DNA from: Acanthaster planci
Lineage: Eukaryota
Assembly (NCBI RefSeq): GCF_001949145.1
Contig: NW_019091357.1
Span: forward strand, 3,496,228 to 3,560,227
Length of the DNA: 64,000 nt
Direction: 5' to 3'
The notes under the pieces are model-generated. The model was not told the DNA's origin and made no database searches. It worked only from the letters and a program-made list of their open reading frames with translations. Below, in pieces: positions 52,401-64,000 of the stretch. Both the position numbers and the translations under genes were made by a program. How positions within the stretch are numbered: the first letter of the stretch is position 1; each line of letters begins with the position of its first letter.

Positions 52401-55400
52401 CTTTCAGTTTACTGCTCATTTCAGTGGCTTTGTTAAAATCAACCCCAAACATTAAATACCTACTAATGCTAAAACCTCTATAGCTATCAAACTTCAAGGT
52501 TCTGAACATTTTTAAAAGGTACAAATCTGATTACCATTAAAGTATAACTCGTGTCTTGTCTCAAACCTGTTCTTCAAAAAATCAGGTTAACCAATTGAAT
52601 TTGTGCTACGTTTCATTACACTCCACAGGGTGAACAATCCACAGAATATGGACCAGCAAAAACAAATACTTTAGGTGAATTAAACTATCACAACGTAAAT
52701 CGAGGCGCACAGTGAGCATTGATAGGCATGTGATCCCATTACATTGTCATACGAGCATTTAATGATGGTTTCCCTCTCAACTAAATCTGATTCTCACACT
52801 TCGAAATCCGATTTCCTCGTAAAAATTAGGAAACTGACACTTTGGAGGATGCTTCATAACTGGGCGACAAAATCGGAAGTCGTGTATTCTGGCAAGGCAC
52901 GTTTTTCTGAGGTTGTAATCTGATAGCGCACTTGTGTGCTATCCCGATTCCGTTTCGGGGTTGGGACACCCGTTCTGCAAGAACGCACAAGATTCCCGTC
53001 ACATTGACAACTCAAGATTTTCTCCTTGAGAATCGCGAGTCGGCGATACCGTTATCCTAAACCCTAAGACAACCCCCACAACTCGTCGACTGTCAGCGAT
53101 AGCCGACTTGTGTTCCGGTGTAATGAAGTACCGGGCAAAAACCGAGAGAAAAAAAGTCGCAGAGAATCATACAGTACTTTCTCCCTTGCCGCAACCACCC
53201 AATACCGCTTGGGACACCCTATCCCATGATACACTACACCCTAATTCCGACGTAAGCCGTGGCTAACATTTCAGCCCAACTTTGAGGAGGTACCTCTTGA
53301 AGTTTGAATGTCAGTTCTCGGCATGGCTTACATTAACATGGTTCAAACCCATAAAAAGAAAGGCTAAAATCTGTCGACGTGTTAAATGGCGTGTGCAGGG
53401 AAAACACCCTTGTCCACTGGAAGAGTGACACAAAATTGTTCAACCAATTTTGATGCCACACATCTGAATAATTGTTCTGCTGAAACTAACTGAACCACAT
53501 CAGGCAAAATTTTTAAATTAATATTATAGCCACGTTAGTAAAAATTTCAAGAACTGTGCCAATATATGCAATACATGTAAAATGGAAGTGGTGTGGTCTT
53601 GCTTAAGCTAGGCTATACTAGTTCCATTCATAAAAACTCTCTGCGGACATGTCCAATAAAAGCGTCAAACTGTCGGCCGTTTGATTGTTCCGCGAATAGT
53701 TCCTCCAACGAGGCATCTTCAGCCCTACGACGACCGACAGCAAGCTACCCCAAAAGATCCACCGGGCGTTTTATCCAAAGGCTTCGATTCTCACACGGCC
53801 TGTTATGCCGCATTCTTCCATTCCTGATAAAGGGGACAAGCCAAAGAAGAAAAAAAATGGCCAATTTCTGAGCAAATTGGAGAGCTTCGAAGCAGAGACC
53901 TAGCTTCTTAAAACATTCACGTTACAGTTGCTAATACAGACTCAGTCCATGAGTACATCAAATTGAAAGAGTGTTTACAGCCAGTGAAACTGTATTTTTT
54001 TCTGTGTGAAAATAACTGCTGTGAGATTTTGTTTATCGCTAGGAGGAATGATTTGCAGGTATAGCAACTTAGCTTTTATGGCGATGCGAAATGCAAGCTT
54101 AATTGAGTTGCCTGTTTATGGTGTTGTGAATGCAACTTCAGTGGTGCAAAAACTCTGTAGAGTTTGTTAAGCCATACTTGGAAAAGATACAATTTTGGAC
54201 ATTTTCAAATCTTCCTAAAACATATTTAAAGATGTCCGACTCCCTCGGAATCATCTAACAGAGCATTGACGGGCCCACCTCACACTGGACTCCTGCAAGT
54301 TCAACTAGTAAACTAATACTGAAAATTTTAATTCTGCAGTTACCCAGTTGGCGTGCTTTTTCGGGCGCTTTGACCCGAGACCAGAAGAGGTCCACATAAT
54401 ATGCACTAGGGTTCGAAGATATTATGTGGATTTGTACATGTCCAAACAATATTTTCCCGTCTCTGAGAAACAGTTTTAAATGCACAATGAGGTCAGGTTT
54501 ATCTGCAATACAAATGAAAAGGAACGTTTCTAAATTCGGCTTGGTGGAGTGTACATAGCGGAGATGCAAACGAATTTTCTCTGAGGTTTCATAATTACAG
54601 AAAAATAAAGGAAGCCCGTACAAAGTATTCGAACTTAGTGCGTGTGTGCATATTCCACAAGCGTTCACACCACGAAACACTGAATAACATTTCATGGACG
54701 AAGGACCAACGAATCGCTAAATACAAAACCGAGCCGGATCCTCGATCTTGTGCAAAAATTCTATTGTTTCAATGTGATATTTAATGGTGGAGCTCTACAA
54801 GGTCTTTTCAGCAGAGTGTTTCTGCATGGGAGAAAGCTTTTTGCTTCATTTAACGTGTATTTGGTTATGTTTGATTCCCCTTGACCCCTAAAAAATACAA
54901 GCCATCGGCTCAAGCCACGATTTTTCCACCGAACAAGAGCAAAGAACACCTTTACGACAGATTCGTTGCATAAATGAGGCTCCGGGCGACAGAATATATA
55001 AGCGCACGCTGGAAGAAGAGAAAGAAGCGCGCAAAGACATTGATTTTATGCAGCGAAGGTGGAAATTATGTTAAGATTCTGTTCCTCGCGGCGGTGTGAT
55101 ATTAACTCATCAGTTTCGAATATTTTGTACTCTCTTAAGCTAAGAGCTGACGTAATGCATACGTGATGTTTGAAAATATCTACAAGCATGCTGTTTCTGA
55201 CTTATATACTAACTGCGTTGAAACACAATGACAGCTTCAAACTAAAGACAACTTTTTCATAGAAGTATACTGTCTCATCTTGAAAAAAGATTCGATAAAT
55301 ATCCAATATTACAAAAAAAATTTAAATGTCCTTCATAATTAGCTGTTAGCATAGGTTGAAACTTGAAAGGTTACTTGATCATCCACTTGTGGCCTTTCAG

Positions 55401-58400
55401 AAGTTTAAACTTGGAAAAGAATCTAACAATTAAAATCCAGATCCCCACAAACTTGTGTCCAGACAATCTTACTTAAGCTATAGCTGACCAAATTGAATTA
55501 TCGAAAGAAACATCCATATTTCCAGCACCCGTGCTGAACACCGTAAAACGATATCTTCCTGCAGTCGATTTTCAACTATGTCACGTGATACGGCTGACGT
55601 CATTTGACAGGGTAGGAAAGATTGGCAAGGACGGATCAAATTCAGTAAAAAGAACACAGAGGGTACTCAACGTTTCAGATAGCATGCTGTGTCCGTCGTC
55701 GACATATTTTGCATGGTGCTACCGCAAACCTTTCACTTAACTTGCCACCTTCACCATGAAAGCTTCAAAACTCAAAGGAAGAATCATTTGGTATTACATG
55801 TATAGCAGTCTGAAAAACCTTCATATGGTTGGGTAGCCACAATACCACATACAGGAAGCTGAAGGTTAAAATGTTAGATAAAGTGCAACCAATGTACCAC
55901 CACAACTGTATTTTGTAATATAATTCCTACAAAGAATTGATAGAATTTGTCTTGGCATATGTTTCAGGTCAAGGAAAACACAGGCAGTATTTTGACCACT
56001 GTGTTATGGGGAAGAACGGTCAACATATATACAGTGACCACAACACTTAAGAACTGCCATCTCTTTTATTTAATTTAAGGTATTATCGATACATGCAGAA
56101 AATGTATACCGCCACTGGAAAAATTTTCTTGTCAAATTGAAGGTTCGCACACCTTTTAGGCGTAGGCATACACTGCTTAAAATGCAGCCCACGGGTGCTT
56201 TTGTCCCTCCGCTTTCCATTGATGAGTCCTTATTGATGAGTTCTTTGCTGGGACTTAACAAGGAGATTCAGATAAAGTGTACCAGTTATCTTCCCAATCC
56301 ATCTTCATTAGAAGCTTCAACAGAACATGAAGCCAGGAGCATGATATGAGAGCAAAACAAAGAAACATGCGACATTATGCCAAGCAACGGGCCGATTCCG
56401 CCGCACACAGTATTACTGTCATCGGTGGGCGGGAAATTCAAACAGACAAGCGTCGCACGTGGGCCAGGCACACGGCAGACGGCGGTGCCAAATGGTATGA
56501 CAGGACAGATGCGTTTATTCATTTCGGGCAAATTTCTGCCCGTTGGTTTGGAAAGCTACTTCCAGCTGAAAATGGAATCATGAATGTATTACTGGCAGCA
56601 GAGCAGAGTCTGTAAAAAAGACGGGGAATGCTAAGATCTGTCAGACATCCAAAACTCACGCACGTACACCGGCCGAGCTTATAAGACGGACATTTTGTCG
56701 TTGGCGTTCAATCACAATTTTCGGTTATCGTCGAGGCTTAAAGCCGTCTGTTTGCGATCGGGTAGAGCCTACGTCAGAGCCATGTGCCCTCAATTTGAGA
56801 GGTTACTGGGCCCTCAATCAAGAACCATGGGGGGGGGTCGCTGAGGAGAGTGGAGGAAAAAATCTGGATGCCGTGCTGCCGTCGCCTTCATCATTACGAC
56901 CGAGATCGCTAATCGGGGAAAAAAGCTGCTCCGAGCTAATGCAAAAGAAAAAAAGAAGAAGAAGAGAAGAAAAAAAAACCAGAGCTCTGGGAGAGGATTG
57001 TAGAGGCCCCCCCCTTTCTCCGACCGTGCATGGCAAGCCGAGTTTTTCCTCCCATCGGCAGTGGATGTGAATTTGAGCAATTCATCTGCTCAGATCACGC
57101 CGGTGAACTGGCAGTGATGGCCTCAGGGGCTGCAGGCATCGGGCAACTAATGAAGCACGAGGGGGAGAGAGGGAGAGACAGCCGGCTTTGTCTGACGAGG
57201 CAGCGCAGCCCGCTATGAAGTCCTCGCTACCCGCGGTACGATCTTATAGGTTAGTTTTAGCTGAAGGCAGCAACGGCCGGCCTCATTAAGATCGGAGATT
57301 TCGTCCTTTTTCTTCTACATGGGGAGTAAGACATATTAAAAAGGCAGATGCAAGACCGGGAGACTGTGTAGAGGACTAGGCCGATTTAAAAGCGAACCCC
57401 CTCCTAAAAAAAACTGAATGGAAGTATTTATTAACAGTTTACCATCGACGAAACGGTACACGTTGCATTGTGAGGGAACACCCGGTAATAATCCAATCCT
57501 GTTCCTTTGATTAAGCAGCAAAAGAGAAAAACTTTCAACATTTTTATTTTTATGCTAATGATAAGTTTCATATTCATGAGCTAAGGGTGATGTCATCCAG
57601 GGCAGATTAGCACTGTCTACATAGCTCTGCATTCAAAATGTATATCACACTTTTCTGCATTTTTGGAGGATAAGGTTCCACGTTTTACGTGTTAAACATG
57701 TTAGACAGCTATTTGGACAATAGAACTGGACAACATTTCCTCAAATCTGTGTCAGTAGGTGATTTTGAAGGACGATATTTTGCAAATTTTGTTATGCCCC
57801 AGTGACAAGGAGTGCCTTATGTGACAAAACCAAAACAGCGCCCTCTAAAAAGTATTGACGAAAGATTTTCTAAGAATAAGAAAAAACTACCACCTTCTTA
57901 TCATTTTCAGTGAAAACAAGATTTAGATCGTGTATGTAATGTTGTAACACATAGTATGTATGAAAATAAATTAAGCTGAATGCCCACTGATGCTTCCTTT
58001 GAGAACGCAAATCGGTTTTCATTGAACTTGCATTTCACTTTGAATTTACTAGCTTGCCTCCAGTTATATCCGTTCATCTTTTCTTTCTCATGACTGTGTG
58101 CAGTCTTCACAGATGAAATCAACCGTTCCTTCCGACTTCTCTTTCGCATCTTAATATCAAAGCCGTCGGTTTGGTTTGAAACAGTCTCAATCACCCTTAA
58201 TGAGTTCCCTTAAACCGAGTCACGCATCCAGAAAATCAGTCAAAGGAATGTTGTCGAAAAGTGCTCACAGTTTCAATTCAGAGCAATTCTCGTTCCACAT
58301 GGTCTTAATCTTTCCTATCTGCTCACTGCAAGCACACGTGACCTCCCCTGTAATTTCTTTGTGAGGACATGAACTGTATAAACATCGGAAGATGACATGC

Positions 58401-61400
58401 TTGACCTGGTCTGCTGTGACAAAACTCGCCATTATAGAGACCCACACCACAGAGAATGGAAATGCTTCTCCATCGTGTGGGGGTGTTATTTCCACTACCA
58501 ATCAAAGGCACAATTTTTACTTTGATTTAGCTCATTTATAGCGTCCACATTCTAATGCTCCCTCCATTTCAAAACGGTGAAAATATCTGTTAAGAGCCTT
58601 TTGCCCATCTGGACCTTCTTCAAAGTCATACCTCGTATTCAGATCAGGCAATGTCTTTGGTCCGCAACCACGACTAAACATTATACTATTCATATAAAAT
58701 AAAACGACCCCAATCGGTTTTTTTGAGAAACGGCTTGATTATTCAGTAGTAAACACATCAACCGATATTGAAAAAGGAAGCTCCCACATACCTGGAATCT
58801 AAAATGGGACAAATGAGACTTTCAATTATCAGACGAAGCCCAGGTCTGAGAAAAGCCAGCTAAAGGAAACGAGCGTTAAATGATTGTGATCAGTGGCCAA
58901 ATGCTTCAAGAGGCCGTGTGCTTCTAGGACATGTTTGACAGTTCAACCTGGTCCGATTTTGACGATCCTACCCCTTTCTGCTGTTGGATGTCATCGATTT
59001 TGATGATTCGTCAACCATCAATCTCACAACAGTGTTTTCTGCTTTACGTGCTTCGCCGGCCACCGCGTGACCTGTCGAGGGAAAGAGGGTAAAAAGACGG
59101 CACGCCTCGGCGCAACCCTCATCGGAATCTTTAATCAGAAAACATGTCTCCGTGACCGTGGTGGCCACCGCCGCCCCGACTACAGTGGAATCAATAACTG
59201 TCCCACATTCCAAACCGTGCTTGAGACTATTTTCCTCTCTAAACAACTGACTGGCCTGATTCCGCCCAAATTGTTTTAGAATCCACCATTGATCCCCGCT
59301 CTGTAATTCCACTAAAGAGCCCAACCCCATCATCAATGCTCTTTAAGACCGCTCCGTTTAGGCTCTTTGAGAGGCTCTTTCCCCAAGAAACTGGCCACCT
59401 AGAGGAGCGTCATTAGCGTGGCAAAACAGGATTAGATTTTTTCAACACCCTTCGCTGACTAGTCCATTACTGGAATAAAGACCAAGAATCGGACCACTTT
59501 GTCAGACATCAACGGGCCAAGAAAGTATAAATATAATTGGAAGGGAAAAAGCTGCGGAGAATACGACTTGTAAATTGTTTCAATGCCATTAAACAGATCT
59601 CCGGCTAAAAGGCCCAAGACCTTGCAGGACCTGCAAGGTTCAGCGGAGGGGGCATATGCAATCGTTGGCCCATGAGATCGTTACCAAAACAAGAGGGTCG
59701 TTGATTCGCCGGACTGTTGCGACGCTCGTGGAGTGTCTAGGGCGCGCCGCCAAAATGGGACCCACTTTCGTGTCGGCCCAGCGCTATCGACCAGGGTGAA
59801 CTGGCCTTGCCACTCCGTCTGGAGAGTGGAAAACAGCCTTGCACTCCGGCAATTATTTATTTATTTTTTAGCCCTCTGGTGGCCTAGCTGCTGTGGTACC
59901 GTTAGATCGAGGTCAAGGAATTATTTATCAAATAAATGAAGTGGCTGAGCGCGAGGTGCTTCCCGCCTTCCGCATTTCTCTACCTTTAACAAGTTCTCCG
60001 TGTTGCCTCATACATTTGTTTTTCTCTGCTCGACTTAGGAGGAAGTACCGGAGTTCACGACTTCTTTAAAGAATTGTGTGTGAGGGGTTGTGTACAATGT
60101 ACACTTAATTAAATGTTCAAGAGTTGGTGCAATGCAGTTATATCGTCACCCCCTTAAACAGTTTTGTTTTATAGTTTTGTCCGACTACTGCTTTTTTTTT
60201 ACATTTTCTTTACAAAAACGTCTTGCGCATAGGACCATAAATTATTTATCATTGCTAACGTGATACCATTGCTCTTTCTTCCCTCGCCCAAGTTTTCTCG
60301 TCTGACTCGCTCAAATGTTTTCTACGATTCTAATGGAGTCTTGTTTGAGTGACTGACGTACACACGTCTGATATGAACCACGGAAAAAGACAATAGAATC
60401 TGAAATTACATAACATATCACTATGGGGATGGTTTGAAAGGAATCAATATTATGTCACTGAATATGACAAGTCGGGTAGACATATAGCAATTATTGCTTT
60501 GCCATGCTCTCACTTTCTTCATGTAATATAAGGTAGGGTGCACTTTAAAATGATATCCAAGCATACGAGTACAACGGCTTGTGACCTTTGCATAAATCAC
60601 AAGAAGCCCCCTAATAGCGCCCTCCAGTGAAAAAACAATTTCTAGGAAAAGGAAAGAGTGTATATTGATCGACTTCAAAACACTCCCTTACTTGGGCAGG
60701 ATTTCGATAATTGTGTTTTCCCGTTCCGGTGAATTAACGGTGTTGTTTCTGAATTCCTTGTTACAAGCACGACTGGACAGTAATTGGAACTTAGTCTTCT
60801 GCAAATATTACAAAGAAGACAACTCGAGGCCCCATTGAGGTTTGCATGAAGTCACCAGACTTCTTGCTTTCTTCACTTTCTATGAGGATGTAATGCTGTA
60901 ATTAATGATCCTCAACGGACAAGGAAAAATATCCTGACATATGTCGTGAAAATATGATTCAGTTTCCCCCCATCTTTTTCAGAAAAAAGACTGTCCAAAA
61001 GGAAGCCATTCTCGTGGGAAAAACATTTCGTGGTCTCATCTACATTTCTTGCGATACGTTAAACTGGAACTTTGCCTTAAATTCACATTTGTTTTTCCAG
61101 CCGAAATGCATGGAGATGCGTTCTTTTTGGCATTTCATTACCCATGCCAAATATGACGGAACACACCCATTTTCGCCGGCGGAGGAACGCGAACAAACGC
61201 CAGGTAAGTCCACATTACCGAGTGGCGTATTCCCAAACCCTTCACCTAACCAAAACAAAAAACGTTTTTCCAAGATGCGCAGCGACAGCTCTTAATTGGA
61301 GCAAATGCGTTTTTTTCACTTCACGAGGAAAAGAAAGCTCTTCCCCTTCCTCGGGCGGTCAAACAGTGGTCGAACGAGACCCACAAAAACACAAGGGCCT

Positions 61401-64000
61401 TTACGGAGGATCGACTACGACAAGGACTTAATTGATGCCATCGCCGTCTCCAAAATCCCCCTTCTTCCTCCGCCCAGAGCACCCACTAAAAAAACCATCA
61501 GAACGTCCCTCTCAAAATGTTGAAGATTTTCTCTTTCGGACTGCAGCCCAGAAGAATGTCAGCTCTTGCTGTGTTTGCAGCCATGGTTTGGGGGGAGAGT
61601 TCGGGAAATCGCGGTACGTCATCCCCTTTAGCTTATTACGGGTGATTGTGTTTACACAAGGCGCTCCCCTAACCCGTGGATGTTTTTCTAACTGTATGAT
61701 ATAAAGGGTTTAAGTCACTAAACGCGATCGGCTGGAGAGACCTAGGGTTTATGCATAAATATTATTTCATGTGTTTCTTGGATTAACCGTTCACATTTGG
61801 AGGTAATCCTTTAATAAGAATAAGACGCTAAATGGAAAGTTTCAGGCGAGACGGAGCCAGATAACTATACATAAAAAAGTACAGCTGGCAGTTTAAAGGC
61901 TAGAATTAGATCAATCAACAGCACACACCAGAAAACTAGAAATGCTCATCGTAAGAGTAAAATCTCGGCTTCGAGTCACCCGGTTAAAAGCCGGTAATGA
62001 CAAAGGAATGTCTTTTGTAATGGTACATTTGAACATCTATGTGAGCTGGGTCACTGATTACGAACGCGTAGAGATAAGATGAATGTGGCTGTGAAAACTC
62101 TTTACTAGAGGAAACCAACACGGAACAAAGGAACTTTCAAATGCTTCGGAACGATCAAAATTACACACGTACTGTTAAAGCAAAGGTCTTGTGAAAAACA
62201 GCCTCCACAGTTCTATTCGAGGTTTATGCAAAAAGTAGACAGCAACAACAAGTGCCATTTTAATAAAAGACAATCACTTAATAACCTTAAAATGTGCGGA
62301 ACACCGGCATTGTTGTGCAAAAATATTACAAGGGTAACGAATGACTGAATGTGCCCATTTCAAATTCCGAACTGAAATTGCAGTCGACGGGAAAGGAAGT
62401 CCTTCTCCAGAAGTAAACTAAGACAACTGCAGAAAAAAGGTAATTAGACAAATTAATTAAAATGCCTGAAGGGCCTTATGGACGGTTCCGTGTCAAACTT
62501 GTGGAAATGTACCCACTCTCTGTGAAATACTGTAGCTGAAAGCACTTCTGCCACCACTTTTGGCCGGGCAGAAAGGCCACCTCAGTTCATCGCTCTTAAC
62601 GAAGAAATCGGAGGCAGCAGGGCATTTTCTTCGGGAAACACCCAAACCTGCTGCAAAGTGTTGCAACAGTTTTATACGGAATACAGAATGGACCTTTTAA
62701 AATCAGTATAACAGATGCAGTGTCTACATTTTTGCTGTTAAGCCCCCCCCCATTTCCATTGCTGGGTCCGACTGGAGTGGCAAGAGTGTTTAAGAAGGCC
62801 ACAATTCCTTCAGAGGGGGAAGATGGGTTGGCCACGGGAAGGTCGAACTCCTGTGACGATTGGCCTCGGGTGCTTCGTCGCCTCCTTCCCCCCTACGGTC
62901 GGTATGGTTTATGCATCGGCCTAATTTTTCCTCCTTCCCATAGCTCTAAAAATTTTGGTTAGGGGTAAGACCTTATGAGATCAACGCATGAGCCGTAATC
63001 GGATCATCCGGGCATTGTCGAGCATTACCGTTGATTAAGGCTTTAGAAAAAAGCCTGGCCAAATTGATCACGCACCAGGGGATTTTACATCACTGCGGAT
63101 TAGTATTCTGGGGTCTGCGGGGGTGTGCGTCACTGTGTTTGTGAGGGGTGGGGAGGAAGGATGCTGGCATTTTAATATAGTGGCGCTTCTTTCTCCCCTT
63201 GGTATGGGAATTGCTTGAATAAGCAGAACACCATTGCAATTAAAGCGTCAAAAGAACAAACAGTGCAATGTGGAGAAACGTATAAAAAACAAAACAGAGG
63301 TTTAAAAAGCTCTTACGATTGAATAGTAATCAGATTTTGGCGGGAAATTCATCCACCTAATGCGCCATCATTCGCGCGGGAAAACGAGATCCCGGAGTAA
63401 ACGAACACGTGCCAGAAATGGAACGGCAGTCGTGGAGAAAAGAAAGTGGGGGGGGGGAAGAGAAGAAGACAAAAATTAAGTAAACCACAACTCGCGGCTA
63501 TAGTTGTATTTGAACGCAGGGCAAATCAAATAAGGGATGAATTTACATGACTGGGAGCGTTTCACGTGCTGTGGGTCCGGGAACCTCCGGCTGGATGGAT
63601 GATGTCACGCGGCCGGGGAGGAGTGCACCAGCAGTGGATAAGAATTGAGGTCCAGGCCCACTCTGCGATCGAGTTAACGGCTAGGCAGGAAAACCAGACG
63701 CATGCTTTTCACGCGGGCAGAGCCGCGAGTTATCACACCTTTCGCAAACCAACAGCCCACGCTCTACCCTGGAACATGGTGCGGGGAGCCAGGCCCCCAC
63801 GCAGTATACCTTATTTAGGCCGAGTAGCTGCATGCATTTTCGATTAATAATGAAACTGAGCAGGTTGAAAAAGAAGGGGGAAATGTGGTTGAAGATGGTG
63901 GAGCGAGTGGGAGAAAAAGACGGGAATTCATAACGACCCCCAAACAACCGAACTCATGCATATTGCCGGCCGCGTTCGCTCGCCGTATCGCAAGCGGGAA

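Noticed and set aside
1..64000. The many 60-170 aa ORFs in the supplied track outside the five exons
   Set aside because: No recognisable domains, and many start at non-ATG codons. The number and length are what non-coding eukaryotic DNA yields by chance. No transposase or reverse transcriptase motifs were seen.

Overview
Eukaryotic (metazoan) genomic DNA. The repeat types suggest an invertebrate deuterostome such as an echinoderm, but that is inference. Only one protein-coding gene can be supported: a five-exon, + strand PRD-class (paired-like, Q50) homeobox gene with a C-terminal OAR motif, join(14813..15023,33697..33800,34796..34930,35390..35646,36390..36672), 329 aa. All junctions are GT-AG and phase-compatible, and intron 1 is 18.7 kb. 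From memory the homeodomain and flanks best fit the poorly studied CG11294 family, with Drgx as the alternative. The rest is a gene-poor non-coding landscape with several non-autonomous DNA transposons (one hAT-type with a perfect 8-bp TSD, one ~730-bp foldback), microsatellites and candidate regulatory blocks. The best unexplained signals are three clustered miR-92-family seed matches in the 3' UTR, uORFs in the putative leader, a phase-compatible poly-His candidate cassette exon in intron 1, and an excess of CTCF-like cores. No CRISPR, rRNA, intact tRNA or autonomous transposase was seen, and I cannot support a wholly new biological system from this sequence alone.
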